Below, piece after piece: positions 49,202-63,609 of a stretch of DNA of 64,000 bases. The translations under genes were made by a program, and so were the position numbers. Under the pieces are notes generated by a model, which worked only from the letters and a program-made list of their open reading frames with translations, was not told the DNA's origin and did not search any database. The first letter of the stretch is position 1. Each line of letters begins with the position of its first letter. Source of the DNA: Cenococcum geophilum (Eukaryota); contig CP158635.1 in assembly GCA_050273025.1 (NCBI GenBank), positions 372,001-436,000 of the forward strand. Direction: 5' to 3'.

Positions 49202-52200
49202 TGTTATAGGATGGGGGTAGTGGCTATAAAGCGTATGTATTTAAGGAGTCTACAAAACGTTACGCAATCGATTGTAAGGGTTAAGGGCATAAGGAGGTAA
49301 TATACCTACGCGTAGCTAATATAAGCTATACGCGAGGTGTATATAAGAGCACGGGGCTCTCCTATAGAGGCCCCTATAGTAGGGTTCTGTAACACTACCC
49401 CCCCTCTTATAAAGGCGGAGCACTGGCGACGCTATAGTTACTATATATATATAGAAGGGACACTTAAGGTATAGAAAAGAAGAAAAAAGGGGGGTATTGC
49501 TAAAGTCTTAAAACAACGTTATATAATAGGGCTTAGCATCTAAAAATCTAACTAATTAGATAACTTTAACCGCTAGTTAAAGTTTCTGGACATCTTAATA
49601 ATATTCCGGTCACGTGATCGCACTTTGCCGCAATCTAATAGCAATCTAACGGCAATTTGCCCTTACGTAGTAATATATAACGGTTTAACTCTATAAGGGC
49701 TCCTATAGAGGATTAGGTATAAAGTCTCTACTTAGGCCTAGTTTCTATAGGTTCGCGTAGTAAAATTTGCTAATTAGATCCTTTACATTTTCGAAGTCTT
49801 CCTATAGTTGCCATTCTAGCTAATTTATGTTAAATCCTATATATATAGCTCTATAGTAGAGCCGTTATCCTCTACCTTTGACAAAGTATTTAGAGTTAAT
49901 AATTTGTTTAACGGTCTACTCCTTATAATTCTTATCTTCGTTCTTATCTTAGATTAGTACTAGTAGGGGTTTAGGCTATATCTATCCTAGTAAAGGGTTA
50001 GGCTAATAGAGGTATAGTAGCTATAGGTAAAATACGGGCTATATCCCGCGGGTAGTTAGGGTAGGTGGGAGTTCTAGCTTATATATAGCTCCTTTATTAA
50101 TAACTTGTTTAATTAAATAGGGGCTAAGGTTTTTATAATTAAGTGACTTTATAGGCCTTTGTGTAGAGATATTATGTATATTTAGCTATATCTAGTTACT
50201 AATACGCATCTCCAGTAGTGGCGTTCTATAATAGTTGGTAAAGTAAGCCTACTTTGCTTAAGCCTAGGCCATTTCTCCCTTATAGTAGTTAAGTAGATTT
50301 TTTATATAGTTTATATGCTGGTTAGCAAGTAGTATCTTAAGGCGTTTTTTATATAGCAGTTTCTTATTAATAGGTTTTAGTGGCTCTATGCCGGATTAGG
50401 GGTAATAACCCTTATTCGCGAAGAATGGAGTAAGTCCTGTAGTAGTTAAGATGTAATTATTCGTTGCGAATTTACCTAGTAGGAGGTAATCTACCTAGTT
50501 ATCTTAACTATAGGCGACTACCTATCGTAGGTACGCTTTTATACTGGTATTAGCGTTTTCTGGTTGCCTAGTAGTTTTATAATAAAAGAATGTAAATATC
50601 TTAACAGAGATACTAAGGCGTTAGTAGATTCGTCTCTATATATCGGAGTTAAATTATGTGCCTTAGTTAGATGTAATCGAGTTAGGTAACCTATGTAGTT
50701 AATAAACTTTATAGAGGAAGGCGTTAGTAACGTTGCTAACGGCTACGCCTTTAGTTAGGATGTAGTGGCGCTCTTTTATAAGTCGGTATATTATTATAAG
50801 GATGTTCTTATAGGTACGGCCGTGTTATTTATAGGGTAGTAGGTCTATAATGAAATCTATAGCGATATCTGCCTATCGTTATATAGGTACTAGTAGAGGG
50901 TATAGTAGTCCTTAGTACTTTATATTAAAGGCCTTAGCGCGCTTATAACTATAGTAGGCGCCTATAAAGCGTTTAACTAAGTTTATTATTTTTAGCTAGA
51001 AGTAGTATTAGCTAAGAAGCTTGTAGGTTCCTCCTTTACCTAGGTGGCCGCTTAATTAGAGGTTATAGGCTATTTGGATTAGTTACCGTTATAAATTTTC
51101 TAAGTTAGGGATAAATAGGCGGCCTTTATAATAGAGCCTATTCTCTTTTACTTTTAAGGCTGCTATATTAATCTAGCCTAAGCTTTAGAGGTTAGTAGGT
51201 AGCGTATAAGCGCTAGCGGTCTTTACGGCAATAAGTTAATATAGTAATGGGTTAATAGAGGTATTATATGCCGTAGTAATAAGCTTATTAATTTTGGGAG
51301 ATAACTTTAGTTTTATAGTATAAAGCTAGGGTACAGTTGGCTCTATTATAGGTAGTATACCTAAGGCTAAATTTCGTGCTTTTAGGATTGTCTATTATTG
51401 GAACTAATTATAGGGATTATCTTTAGACTAAGGAAGGTCTTGCAAGCGGCGTGTTAGGCTATTAGGTTTAGTACCTTATACTTTTAGTCTATATATAATT
51501 TTAAAGTTAAAACTAGAGAGGAACTTATTCTAATATGCTTAGCGTTAGTTTAACTACTTTATAGTTATAAAGTACTTAAGGTTGCAATAGTCCGTAAGGA
51601 CTTTAGTTAGTCAGTTAAGCTCTGCTAAGGAAAGTTCTAATTAAAATTCTTTAAACGCTTATATAATTATAAGGAGTTCTTTATTATAGATTTTATAGTT
51701 ATACTCTTATAGTATAAGCTTAGATAAGTAGAATGCAACTAGGTAAAGGAGACCGTTATTACCTATTTAGGAAAGGATGCCTACGTTAACGTAGTCTAAG
51801 GAGTTGGTTTTAAGGTAGAGTTATTATCCTAGTGTAATGTAAGCTAGGATAGGTGCTTTAGTAAAGGCATTTTTAAGGTCTTAGAACGCCTTCTTATATT
51901 TAGGCGTCTAGGTAAAGCGTAGGTGCGTTTTTCTTCCTTTTACAGAAAGGCCCTTCGTTTGCATTATTGCTGTAAGTGGTACTACTACGCCTAAGAAGTT
52001 GTATATAAATTTTTAATAGAAGTTAGTGAAACTAAGGAAGGCTTATACGTCCTTAATGCAGTTAGGGGCTTGCTATTTAGTAATTATATATACCTTCTTA
52101 GGGTCTATACGGACACCCTTAGTAGTAATAATTAGTTTAAGGTATTTTACTTCTGTAACTAAGAATTCGCATTTTATTAAATTAATATAAAGTCCTGCGT

Positions 52201-55200
52201 CCCTAAGGCGCTATATGACCTTTTAAACGTGTTTAGTATGCTTAAAGGGGTTATTATTATAAATAAGTATATTTTCTAGGTACGCAGAGCAGAAGTCGTT
52301 AAGGTAGTCCCGTAAGGCGTTATTAATATAGCTTTAAAAGGTGCCTAGGCCGTTATATATACTAAAGGGCATAATAGTATATTTAAATTAGCCGAAGCGC
52401 GATACGAATATAGTTTTCTATTTATTACCTTCCCGTATTTAGAGATAGTTAAAGGCGGCGATAATATTAAGCTTAGTATAGATTTTGGCTTAACTAAGCC
52501 GCTTAAGGGTCTTACGTATAAGCGGTACTGGGTATTAGTTTTTAATTATAATAGTATTAAGTCCTCTATAGTTAATGCAGAATTAAATACCTCCTCCTAG
52601 CTTTTTAGTAAAAAGGATAGGGGTGGCTGCTAGTAATATGCTGGGACGAATAAATCCTTTATTAAGGTGCTCGTTAATATACTTTTTTATAACTAGAAGT
52701 TTGTCTTTTAATATTAAGTAGGGTCTCTTATAAAGTAGCATTTTTCCTTATTTAATATTAATAGTATAGTTATTAGGTTAATATAGGGGGAGTATATCTA
52801 CGCTCTTTTATAAGCATATATTAGTAAAGTTATAGTACCTCTTAGGGAGGAGCTTGCGGAGTTCTTTATTAGTAAGTCCTTTTTTAAGCTTTATAAACTT
52901 CTTAAAGTTTAAAGGTAAAAGTCCATAGAGTTCTATAGGGGCGTTATCTTCTAAAAAGTTAATTATATCTATCCTATTACTATAGAGGACGTAGTCCTAT
53001 TCTTTATTAAGCTTATATAGTTATAATTAGGAAGCTATAGCAATAGTCTAGCCTTTTTTATATACTATACAGTAGAAGGCCGGGGCACTTATATAGTAGT
53101 AGTTAGTTATAGGTAGGATAATAAGGGGTTCCTTAGGTTAATATCCTGGGGAGTAAATAAAGGCGGCTAGGCTATGCCCTAGGCAAGTCTCTCTATAGTA
53201 TTTAGAGTTAAAGGTTACTTCTTTCTTCTTCTAGTTAATAGCGGAGTTATATTATTTAAGCTAGTCTATTTTAAGGATAATAGGGTAGTTAGTAAGTAGT
53301 ATAATATAGGCCTAGAGTTCTTCCTAGTGCCTATTTATATCTAGGTAGAGTTATACTATATAGGTAATCTTCTATGCGGTATAATTACCGTTGGCGACTT
53401 ATAGGGCGCGGGCTTTAGTAAGGGGTAAGGTAGGTAGGTTATAAGTATACACGAATTAAGTATCTATAAATTTATTAGTAGCTCCGCAATTAATTATAAA
53501 ACGGCTTTTATGTTATTTTTTAGTAGTAGTTCCTATTATAGGTAAAACTATCTATTTTCGTTTATTTATCTTTATAAAGTTATCTATTAAGTAAGCCGAT
53601 ATATAGATCCCTCTATTATTAGGGCGTTCTAACCCACGACTTAGGGCTAGGACTTAGCATTTTCTGTTTCCGTATCTGGCTCTACCGCTATTACTACATC
53701 TTTATCTTATATAGTAGTGACGCGTAGCAATATATTTAGTGTTTAGGGTATTAAGTTAGGTATTAGGCGGCGGCTACTAAACCTAGCTATTAGGCAGTTT
53801 GGATTATTATAATAATAGCCTTCTTAACGGCATTTATAGCAGCGTCCTACTTTCCGGAGTAGCTCGCGCTCTCTATCTAAGAGTTTTTATAAAAAGGTTA
53901 GTATAAAGAAATCAATATTGGTTCCGGTAGTACTTAAGGTAGTAGGTGTTAGTGGCTTAGTATATATGGGTTTAGTAGGCCTAGAGAGCTTCTATAAAGA
54001 GGTCTTTAGGTAAGAGTTAGTAGTAGCAATCTAATTTAGTCGTCGTTTAATCTTCTGTAGAGCTACTACTATATTATAAACATTATTGTAGTTATAGCTA
54101 GCGGCTGTGTAACTAAGGCGATAAGTAATTTTTTTAAGAAGGTCCTCCTGGTCTTTAGTATTATCTTAGGTAAGGGCTCTAGAATATTCCTAGAATTTAA
54201 TATAAAATTTGTTAAATAATTTAGTAGGGCTTATCTTTAGGGCACGTAGTTTAGCTTAGTTAGTAGCTAGTAGGTCGTAGTTACAGTATATTAGGTTAAG
54301 ATTATTAAGGACTTTTTAGTAGGACTACTACTTCTAGGGGCTACTAGTCTCCTATTAGGCAAAGAGTCTATTAAACAGTATACCCTTTATTCGCCCGATA
54401 ATATAGCCGATCTTAGTATCTTCTATAGAAAAAAGGTAGGCGCTTTAAGTTAGTTTTTTGCGGATTTATATCTTCTAGTAGCTGTATTCCTTACAGTCTC
54501 CCTAAAAGACTAGGGGATTAGGGTAGCGTATAATAGACCCTATAGTGGCAGTTTAGGTCCAATTATTATAGCTTTTGTTATTACTGCTTTGGTAGGGGTT
54601 TTTATTAGGTAAAGCTACTTAGCGCTAGCCCTCTATTAAGCGTTAAGTAGGTAAAGTTGCTGGGGGCGTAGAGACTTAGGTGGCGTTATATATAGTAAAG
54701 AGGTATCTAGCGTTGTTATAAATGTGCTTATTAAGCTAAGATTATAGGTATTTAATTATGCCTTCTTTTTTAGTAACTATAGCAATTAGTATAATCTTAG
54801 CCTTCTTTAACTATTGGACGTCGCGTTTAGATATATAGAGGTTATCTTTAGTTTCTTAATGTATATTATTAGTGAGCGCCTTATAAGCTTATAGGTCTTA
54901 GATAATATCGCGATCTTAAGTAGTACGTATCTTGGCTTATATAAGCTTTAGGTAGTAGTTCTATAAAAGGCGGTAGTATTTATTAGAGACTTATACTACT
55001 ATTTTTATAAACGTCTCGGCGTCTTATATTTTAATTTTAATAGATAGTAGCCCTTCCATTTGCTTATCTGTAGTTATATAGTTAATAAAAAAATAAGATA
55101 TTATTAGTGTCCGTTTCCTTAGGGGTTAAGGCTAAAGCTAATAAATTAAATTCTTCTAGGATTAATTAGCGTTATAGGTTAAGTGTAGGTATTGGATTAT

Positions 55201-55567
55201 TCTTTAGGTTTAATATAGTAGCTAGTAAGGGATATTATTTTACTATTGTGGATTCCTCGGAAGTATAAAGTAAGGTAATTTATAAACACACTGCTTTTAG
55301 TAGCGCCTACAGTATTATAGAGACGTAGAATTGGTTATAGGCTGAGCGTTAGTAGTAAAAAAGGCGTAACGTAATATTATGGGACGGGGGTAGTGGCTAC
55401 AAAGCGTATGTATTTAAGGAGTCTATAAGACGTTACGCGATCGATTGTAAGGGTCGAGGGCGTAAGGAGGTAATATACCTACGTGTAGCTGATATAAGCT
55501 ATACGTAAGGTATACGCGAGAGCGCGGGGCTCTCCTATAGAGGCCCCTACGGTGGGGTTCCGTGACA
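49202..55567 (-). mobile_element. Ty3/gypsy chromovirus C inserted between Rep and helicase of the Helitron2-like element
   Basis: 193-bp LTRs 49202-49394 and 55375-55567; TSD AACAG/AACGG; PPT next to 49395; RT RFG*FKYTIMPF ~52365-52400, RNase H, integrase, chromodomain ~49780-49920. Confidence 0.92.
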
Positions 55568-58084
55568 AACGGCGATTATTCCTATCTATAGTATTTTAAG
55601 TTCTGCCGTATAAAGCTTATTCTTTATTACCCATAAAGGGAGTATAAGGAAGTAGCTACTTATACTAATAGATCTAAGGCCCCTAATTATATAGCTTTCT
55701 ATTAAGCTTGCGTTAACTCTTATTAGCACCTATCTAACTACTTCTATAATTAAAAACTAGAGGAAGGTTATAAAACTACTAATAATATTAATAAGTTTAA
55801 GGGCGATTTCGTAGACGACTTAAAGCTATATTAGTTCTTTAAGGCCCTATATACCCGCGTTTAAAATACTAATAGAGTTAAACTTAAGGATCTTAACAGG
55901 CTTAGTAATAGGGAGCTTAATTATAACTATAACTAGAGTATATATTAAGGTACGTACCCAGAGCTTAATAAGAGGACTTATTAGTAAGAAGTATAGCTAT
56001 AGCCTCTATTATAGAGCTGCCTATCCTAAATAGTAACTTCGTCCTCCTTATAGCTAGGTCAGCGTTATATCTATAATATTATAGTTAATTACTATAGGCA
56101 GATCTAAGTGGGCCTTAGCCCCCCTTACTGTGGATTAATATTAATAGAGAGGCAGGAACCAACAAATCGCATCTTATTACTGTCCTCTCTACTACGCTCT
56201 ATAATATAGCAAGGGCTAATAATAAGCCGTCGCTATTAGTTTAAGCCGCCCCTATTAGAGTAGCTGCCTTTAATATTAACGGTAGAACTATATACAAACT
56301 ATTAAGGTTGCTAGTAAATCGCCCCTTTAAGGAATTGCCTACTACTAGTCTTACGCCTCTACAACAAGCTTTTAAGGATATTTACTATCTTATCCTTAAT
56401 AAGAAATCTATAATTGGGCAAGTATATCTAGCCTGGATTAATTGCCGCCTCTATTAAATCTACCCTATATATAACAACGACTACTTTAGAGGCTTAAATA
56501 TCTTGCTAGTAGGCGATTTCCATTAGCTTCCCCCTATAGGTTAGGCGGCCTTATATAGTAATCTACCTACTAGGCCGTTAGAGCTCGCTAGCTATAAAAA
56601 GGAAGCCTATAAGGCGATTAACCAAACTACTATCCTAAATTAAGTTATATAGTAGGGCAGTAATAACGCTAAGAGCTCTATATTTAGGATAGCCCTCGCA
56701 GAGCTATATAGTAATTCTATAAGTAATTTAACCTAAAAGCTTCTTTTAACTAGGTATAAGTAGGGCCTATCTATTAATAAGGTTGTGGGCTTTAATAACG
56801 CAATTTGGCTATATAGCATACGCGATACTATAGGTAAGTATAACACTATTTAGCTTGCGATCTTTTACAGCTAGTGGTGGCTATTAAGTTAGTTAACATT
56901 AGTATAGGTGCGCGGAAAGTTACTTAATTAGTGCGATACTATAGAGAATCTAGCCATATATATTAGCGCGAAAGTAATACTAATATATAATATCTGGGTT
57001 AAACTAGGCTTAGTAAACGGTACTACTAGTATAGTTAAAGACGTTATATAAAAGGGACACGCGGATATTAAAAGGGATTAGCCTTAGTCACTACTAGTTA
57101 TAGTAGATAAGTATAACGGACCTGCCCTATTTACTTAGCAGAATAGTAAGAAGGTTATCCCTATATTTTCTATGCTTTATAAGTAAGAGGGTATAAAAGG
57201 CTCTTACTTATAGCGCTAATTTCTAATTACTTTAGCTTTTACTCTTACTATATATAAAAGCTAGGGCCTAATACTTAACTAAGTAATTCTAGATGTTAAG
57301 GAAAAGGATAAGATAACTAGGCTAATCTATATAGCAATCTTACAAGTTAAGAAGCTTTTAGGGCTTATAATTAAACGTAGGTTTAATATAGAACAATTTT
57401 AGTTATCTATAAGTAAGACTAAAGAGGTATAATAAGAAGATTTTGTATAGAGGTAGCAGTAATTACTTATAAACAACTTTTCCTAATTAGGAAATTATAT
57501 ATTAGCTTAAAGGTAAGTGGAGAATATAGCATTTATCTTAGTTTCTTAACTTTTAAATAGCTTAACCGCGAAATCTAATTTTCTAAATTTTAACCCCCTT
57601 ATCCGTTCTACCTTTTTACCGCTTTTAGAGCTATTAGATATACATATAATAGTATATAAGAAGAATTAGCAGTACTGCCGGATTAATATTGCTGCTATCT
57701 ATAGCGTTAATAGATTTTTAGAATTTTTTTTTTAAAGGGCGGAAATGTCGCTTATATAAAAAGTCACGTAACCTTTAAGAATACTTAGGACCGTATATTA
57801 GCAGCCACGACTTCTCTACACTATAGTTAAGATTTTATATATACCGCACCTAGAGCTACTTATAATAACTATTACCTATAAATCTGCCGATTTATAAATT
57901 AAAAATTAGACGTAGTTAGAGCTATTAGTAGGGGTTATTAATCGCGCTCCCCGTGACAAAATTTTGGATTTTAGTAATTTAAACTAACGAATTAAATTAA
58001 AAGTTCGGAATATCTAAATAAGGTTTTACGAAAACGCTAGCTAAACCCTAACCTAGACCCTTCCTAACCTATTAAATTTTAAAA

Positions 58085-58440
58085 ATAACAACCTTTACTA
58101 AATTAAAAATTAACCTTATCCTTAACAAGCCATCCGATTAGATTTAATAGTTTTTTATTATCTAATACGTAGCCAAAACTAATAAGGTATAGCAGTATAT
58201 CGACCTATTTAAGAAGAAAGACGATCTTCTAAAGCTAGAACTACTAAGTTGGCCTACACTAAGGGACATACTACTTACGGCTATATTAATAGCAAAGCTG
58301 GACCTAAACTAGCTTACTGCTTATAACTAGCTCTACGCCAAATATAAGGATAATCTACGCGTATACTAGAAGCAAAAACAGGTTATAAACAATATTAACA
58401 ACTATATTGTTCGCACTATATTAGTAGCCTACCTTCCTCT
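58085..58440 (+). pseudogene. Fragment resembling the N-terminus of a fungal Ty1/copia gag, inside the Helitron2-like element
   Basis: Translation LILNKPSD*I**FFII*YVAKTNKV*QYIDL..LTAYN*LYAKYKDNLRVY*KQKQVINNINNYIVRTI (RIP-reverted: VILDKPSDW..W..VWQYIDP..); no LTR recognised. Confidence 0.55.
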
Positions 58441-59575
58441 CTTCTTCTTTCTTCTTCCTTATAAGAGCTAGAGGCGCTCTAATACCTCTCCCTAGTCTCC
58501 ACTAAGGGATCTATTAGTCGATATAGTGATATAAATAGCATTAGATAAGGAGATAGGTAAAAGAGAAAATAGAAAAGACGGAGAAACCTTTAGTAGGTAT
58601 TAGTTAAGTAACGTTAACGGCGGTTTTTATCACCTAAAAATTGCGTTACGTAACGACATTTAGGAACGCAAATATGTACCCCCGTCCCATACTTACACCA
58701 CTACTAAATATTTTAGATTTTATACTTGGAGCTGCTTATAATAAGTATTCCTAAAAGATCTACCAGTTTAAAGCTCTATAATTAAACGTTATTAACGTTT
58801 TATATAGGGGTTATTGATTAAGCTCCCAGGATACAATTTTTAAAGTTTAATACTACACTAATATTATAACCTTCTTGCAGTAGCCAAGCCACCCCCAATC
58901 TCCTCCCTCTTCTCCCCCCTCCTATTACTTAGCGCTAAGCTATTGCGTTATTGCTAAGCTATTGCGTTATTATACGTCCGAACTGGGTAGGTAATAATAT
59001 AGTTACTTAATTATATTAAACGTCTCTATATATAGTTATATCTCTTCCTATACGCGTATTTAATTAAATTAGGGTAGTAGATTTACTTTAATTCCAGCTA
59101 TACAGCAATTTAGTTATTAAGCATTAAAAATATTTAGTATATAAAGCTTTAAATTGGAATTATAATCTACTATATTAGATCCTACGTAGAGGGCTCTATA
59201 TTAAAGCTCTGCAGTCTAAATATATACTAGATTTGTAACTAATATAATTCTTAAGCCTAGCTTAAGTAGGGCGCTTTAGTTACTATAGTAGATCCTTACT
59301 TAGCAGTAACTAAGGCGCCTTAATCTTACTACTACTTCTAAATTAAGTAAAAGCTCTATATAGGGGGGTCCTAGGGGGTCTCCCCCTAGAAAACCTTATC
59401 TCTATATATATTAATTAAAGTCTATATAATAAAGCTCTAAAATTAATTAGCTTATTACTTATAAACTTAGGTTAAAATTTAAGTTAGGGGATTAACATTC
59501 TGCATATTATTTATTAGCTATAATCTATTAGTTTTATTAGTTTCTACTAGTCTCCACTAGCGCTATAATATATAC

Positions 59576-62500
59576 TATATTTATAGAAGAAAAAAATACT
59601 ATTAGGTTGCCGCTCTAAAGAGTTTATCTAGCATTTTACTAACTAGTAGTAGTAGGTAAAAGCTCTTAATCTAGTATATACTAAATTTAGGTTAAACCTA
59701 AGTTTCTAATTGGTTAAAATTTAGTCTTAGTTACCTAATCTTATATACTACCTTAATAAATCGCGACTAATACTTACACTTGCAATATATACCCTAATAG
59801 TAAGTAATAAAATTAAAATTTATATAGCTTATAGAGCTGATAAAGCGCTTTAGAATAACACTACTTTGTCTATATATCTTAAGGCTAAGTAATATTATGC
59901 TAATATAGAGCTTATAAGAGCTTTGCAGAAGCCGTGTATAGAGCTTTACTAAGCTCTATAAGCTCTACAATTTCGCAACCTTATAACCTCTTCTTACTTC
60001 TTACTACTCTCTACCTTTTACCCTAGTTGCTACTTACTATATCTACTGCCTAAATGCCTTCCAATTGTATATTTTATACTAGCTATAACTAGTATTACTC
60101 TTCTACTAACTTTGCAATAAACTATTATAGAGCTCTGTATAAGACCTGTAATACTTATAGGGTTAATCCTTTATTTACTCTTTTTTAACTTATTATCTTT
60201 CTAACTCTATATATATAGAAGAAAGAAATAGATAGTTCTAACGACCTTTAGCGTATCTTCCGCAGCCTATAAACTAAACTACAGCCACTACTACTTCCGC
60301 CGCTGCCTCTCCCCTTATACTGCCTATATAAATTTAGCCGCAACTACCCATATTAATCCAGCTGCGGCTACCTATATTAATTTAGCCGCGACCTACTACT
60401 GTCTGCCCTATCGCGAAGTAGCTAGATTATGGTTCTATTACTATAGTTTGCTATATTACGGAGTAGCTAGATCTTAATCCTATAGACATTACCTATAACT
60501 TCTACACGGCTCTATATTAGATTAATAAACGTATTAGTATATTACCGCCTAGTAATCTACGGTTTAAAGCCTGCTATAAGTATAGTAATATAAACCTTTC
60601 TCTATTCTAGCCTTCGCTAAAATATTTACGCGACCTTTTATAGTCCCGTAGTACTTCTACTAGGTAGTTTAGAAAGTGGCTCCGCGTATATAATATAGCA
60701 TTGGCTTTTACGTCCGTAAACTATACCGTTACTAACCGTAGTATAGCCTAGGGCGGCCTAAATTACTTCCAGATATATAGTAAGCTTTACTATCTATAGG
60801 GCCCGCTAGAGCCTCCTATTAACGTTGCTCTATAGTATATATGCTCTACTTTTATAACCCTAGTTATACTATAGATGTTTGGCTATAGGCCTATTCTAAT
60901 ACCTAGCTAGATATAACTATTCTACGGTGCCTTATTACTATACTATCTGAGGAACGGAACCCTTTTATTGCTCTTTATTAAACCGTAAGGGAATAGCTTT
61001 AGGCTTAGCCCGTAACAACCCCATTATAGATTATCTTAAATCTATAAATATGGCTTATCTTAAAGGCGGACGTGATACAATTAAAATAAGCTTAACTAGA
61101 TCCGCTTCCACTAATTAAACCTCTATGTAAAGCTGTATAATAGCGTTATAGATACTCTTACCTGTTATAATCTGGACCCTTAATTATTAGGCCGCCGCGT
61201 AATTTTTTATTAAGTTTCCTTAGCGGAGATCGCTTTATTAGACAGTGCTATTAAGATTTAATAGCTATTATCTATAAATACGGCCGTCTAAGTATATTTC
61301 TTATATTTATTACTAACCCTAAGTAGGACAAGATTACCTATAAGCTACTACCTAGCTAGACTACTATCCCTTTATATAGCAAGATTTCTTGCACTTTTTA
61401 TATATATATGCCTCTTAAGCCAATCTAGAGGCTCTATACTGTATATAGCTTAGTATTAAAGCTTTAGTTAGTGCAATTGCTTAGCGGTAGGGGTATAGGC
61501 GCCTTATCTACGCCTCTAATATTTAAATATTATGGTGAGCAACAGTAATATAGCTAGGAAACCTATATAGAATATAGAATATATAGTAATACAGTTAATT
61601 AAAAAGCCTTAATATTATTGCTGCCTATTTAATTATCAAATTCTTAGTAAAATATTATCCTTATACCGCCTAGAAAATACTATATATTTTTAGCTCTAAA
61701 GCCTCTAAAGGCCCTAAAAGCTTTAAAGCTCTAAAGCCTTTGAAAGCACCTTAAGTATAGGAGTCTTATTTACAATCCTCTTAAGCAACACAGTATACAT
61801 ATAGTGTTTTGGTGGGGCTTGCTAATAAAATTATGCTAGCTAGGGTGCCTATAGTATGCTAACCTAAGTAAAAGCGCCAAAAGCGCCTAATACGAAAAGT
61901 GACTTCTGCCAGACAAAGGGATAGATAGGCCCGATCTAGTTATACGCGTCTTCTATATAAAACTTATTTACCTCTTTTATAACCTAAAATAGAAGTAGAT
62001 CTTTAACTAGTACCGCGGCTCTATTTAGACTATTAAGTACTAAAAATAAGGCCTACTCTATTTATACCCACTACTCTTTCTATATCTATATAACTGCGAT
62101 AGACTACTAAACCTAGCTATTATTAACTGTTTTATATCCGCGGAGCTTCTATAGCTAGAGGATAATCCTATTAACTGTCTTACTAAGATTATAAAGTTAA
62201 TAATAGTTTATGGCCCTTTTAGGTCCTAGAATCCGCGGGCTCCCTATATAGTTATGCTAAGGCTAGGCCTTTTACTAACCTACTTAAAGCGGTACCCTAA
62301 GCCTTTTAACCCTACTACCATTGTATATAAGGACGGCTATTTAAAATACCGCCATTATAATAATCTGCGGTTATAGTCTATCCGCTTACTAAAGGGAGCT
62401 ATATTTAAAATAGATAACCGCTAGATTATTCCGTACTCTTTATATCTAACCGCAAAGTATTATACGTATATAAATATTAAGGCCTACGCCTTTATAAAGT

Positions 62501-63609
62501 CCGTTAAGTATATCTATAAGTATATATATAGGGGGAGCGATTATACTACTTTACGACTTATAGATAGTGATAAGGTAAGCTAGTATTTATAGGGCCGTTA
62601 TATTAGCCCCTTTTAGGCTATTTAGCGGCTATTTAAGCTTCCTATTTATAAGGAGTTTCCCCCTATAATTTAGCTTACGGTATACCTTCTAGGAGAGTAG
62701 CCTGTATACTTTTAGCCGGATTACTCTATAGAGGAGATCTAGCAGCGCCTTAAGCTCTCTTACTCTACCTTAATGGCCTTTATTAAGTATAACGCAGAGT
62801 ATAAGGATAGCTATAACTACCTATATTAAGACTTCCCTAAGCTGTATATCTTTTATATAAAGCGCTAAAAGTAGCATCCTCGTTAGTAAGGTACCATAAT
62901 AGGCCGTATATATTGCTACAGCTCTATTATAAGTAGGAGGTTTTACTTACGGCTACTACTAACGTCTGTTTCCGGCCCTACCTCCTTTAAAAACCTTCGT
63001 ACTATTGCTAGTATAGCCTATCTAACCTTCTAGACTGCCTATATAGCCTTAAGGCTACTAAAGGATAATTATAAGTAGATTAATTACTTAATAAAGGCCG
63101 CCGTTTTTGCTATTAGCGCCTAGCTACGCTCCTTATTTATAACCGCTTTACTTTATAGCCCTATTGCGGAGCCAGTTACTTTATAGGACCGCTTTAAATA
63201 GTCTATCTATAATAATATATCTTACTTTCTAGCCTGTTAACCTAATACTCCTCCTATAATTAGTGAGGATAATAACGCCTATTTTAATTACGGCCTATAC
63301 CTTATTTATTAGATACTTATAGATTAGCAGAAAACGCTTACGGACTATAGCCTACCCCAGTTCCAGTATTAGTAGGGTATTATTATAGAGGGAAGTAACC
63401 TACTTTTTATAACTAAGTTATAGTAATATAACTGTATAGAGAAAGAACGTTAGTTTACTAACCTATACTAATAGCTAAATGCGGATTAAGCAGCGCAGTT
63501 TAATACTATTGTTATTGCTATAGATATAGATCTATAAACCACCCGCTTTTTCCTTTAGGGCTCTATAAGTACTAGTAAAATATTTTTCTATTACTGCCTT
63601 TACTACTAC
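59576..63609 (+). mobile_element. Canonical Helitron RepHel pseudogene (RIP-mutated); probable host of the gypsy A nest, 5' part possibly at ~22784-23452
   Basis: Zn-finger-like YNFYTALY*INKR..FKACYKYSNI, RVYNIALAFTS, PYSLYLTAKYYTYINIKAYAFIKSVKYIYKYIYRGSD, RFYLRLLL..GPTSF, Walker A FFL*GSISTSKIF at ~63545-63585. Confidence 0.85.

Larger units (their letters stand above)
46012..59507 (+). mobile_element. Non-canonical Helitron (Helitron2-like) RepHel element inserted in an LTR of gypsy A, ~7.1 kb without nested gypsy C
   Basis: Splits the LTR with no TSD; DUF6570-like LPILTTVKELLITRVY..RYTGHVCYF, AFPTLFPY, HUH-like YKW*V*GSGYIYSFLW, YIGKYCSK; PIF1-type helicase 56140-57450 (REAGTNKS, AAPIRVAAFNING, GDFH*LPP, TIYKS*GL); the 5' end has an inverted copy at 59458-59475. 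Confidence 0.85.
23453..59570 (-). mobile_element. Ty3/gypsy chromovirus A, heavily RIP-mutated; outer shell of a 36-kb nest
   Basis: LTR 23453-23950 (split by a solo LTR) matches LTR 45799-46011 + 59508-59570; TSD TATAC on both sides; PPT next to 23951; minus-strand chromodomain ~24130-24240, integrase, RNase H, RT (FYTAYLDNI ~26475-26500); protease, zinc knuckle and gag at 43618-45600. Confidence 0.9.

Noticed and set aside
58045..58075. Telomere-like CCCTAA sequence
   Set aside because: Only isolated units, not a tandem array
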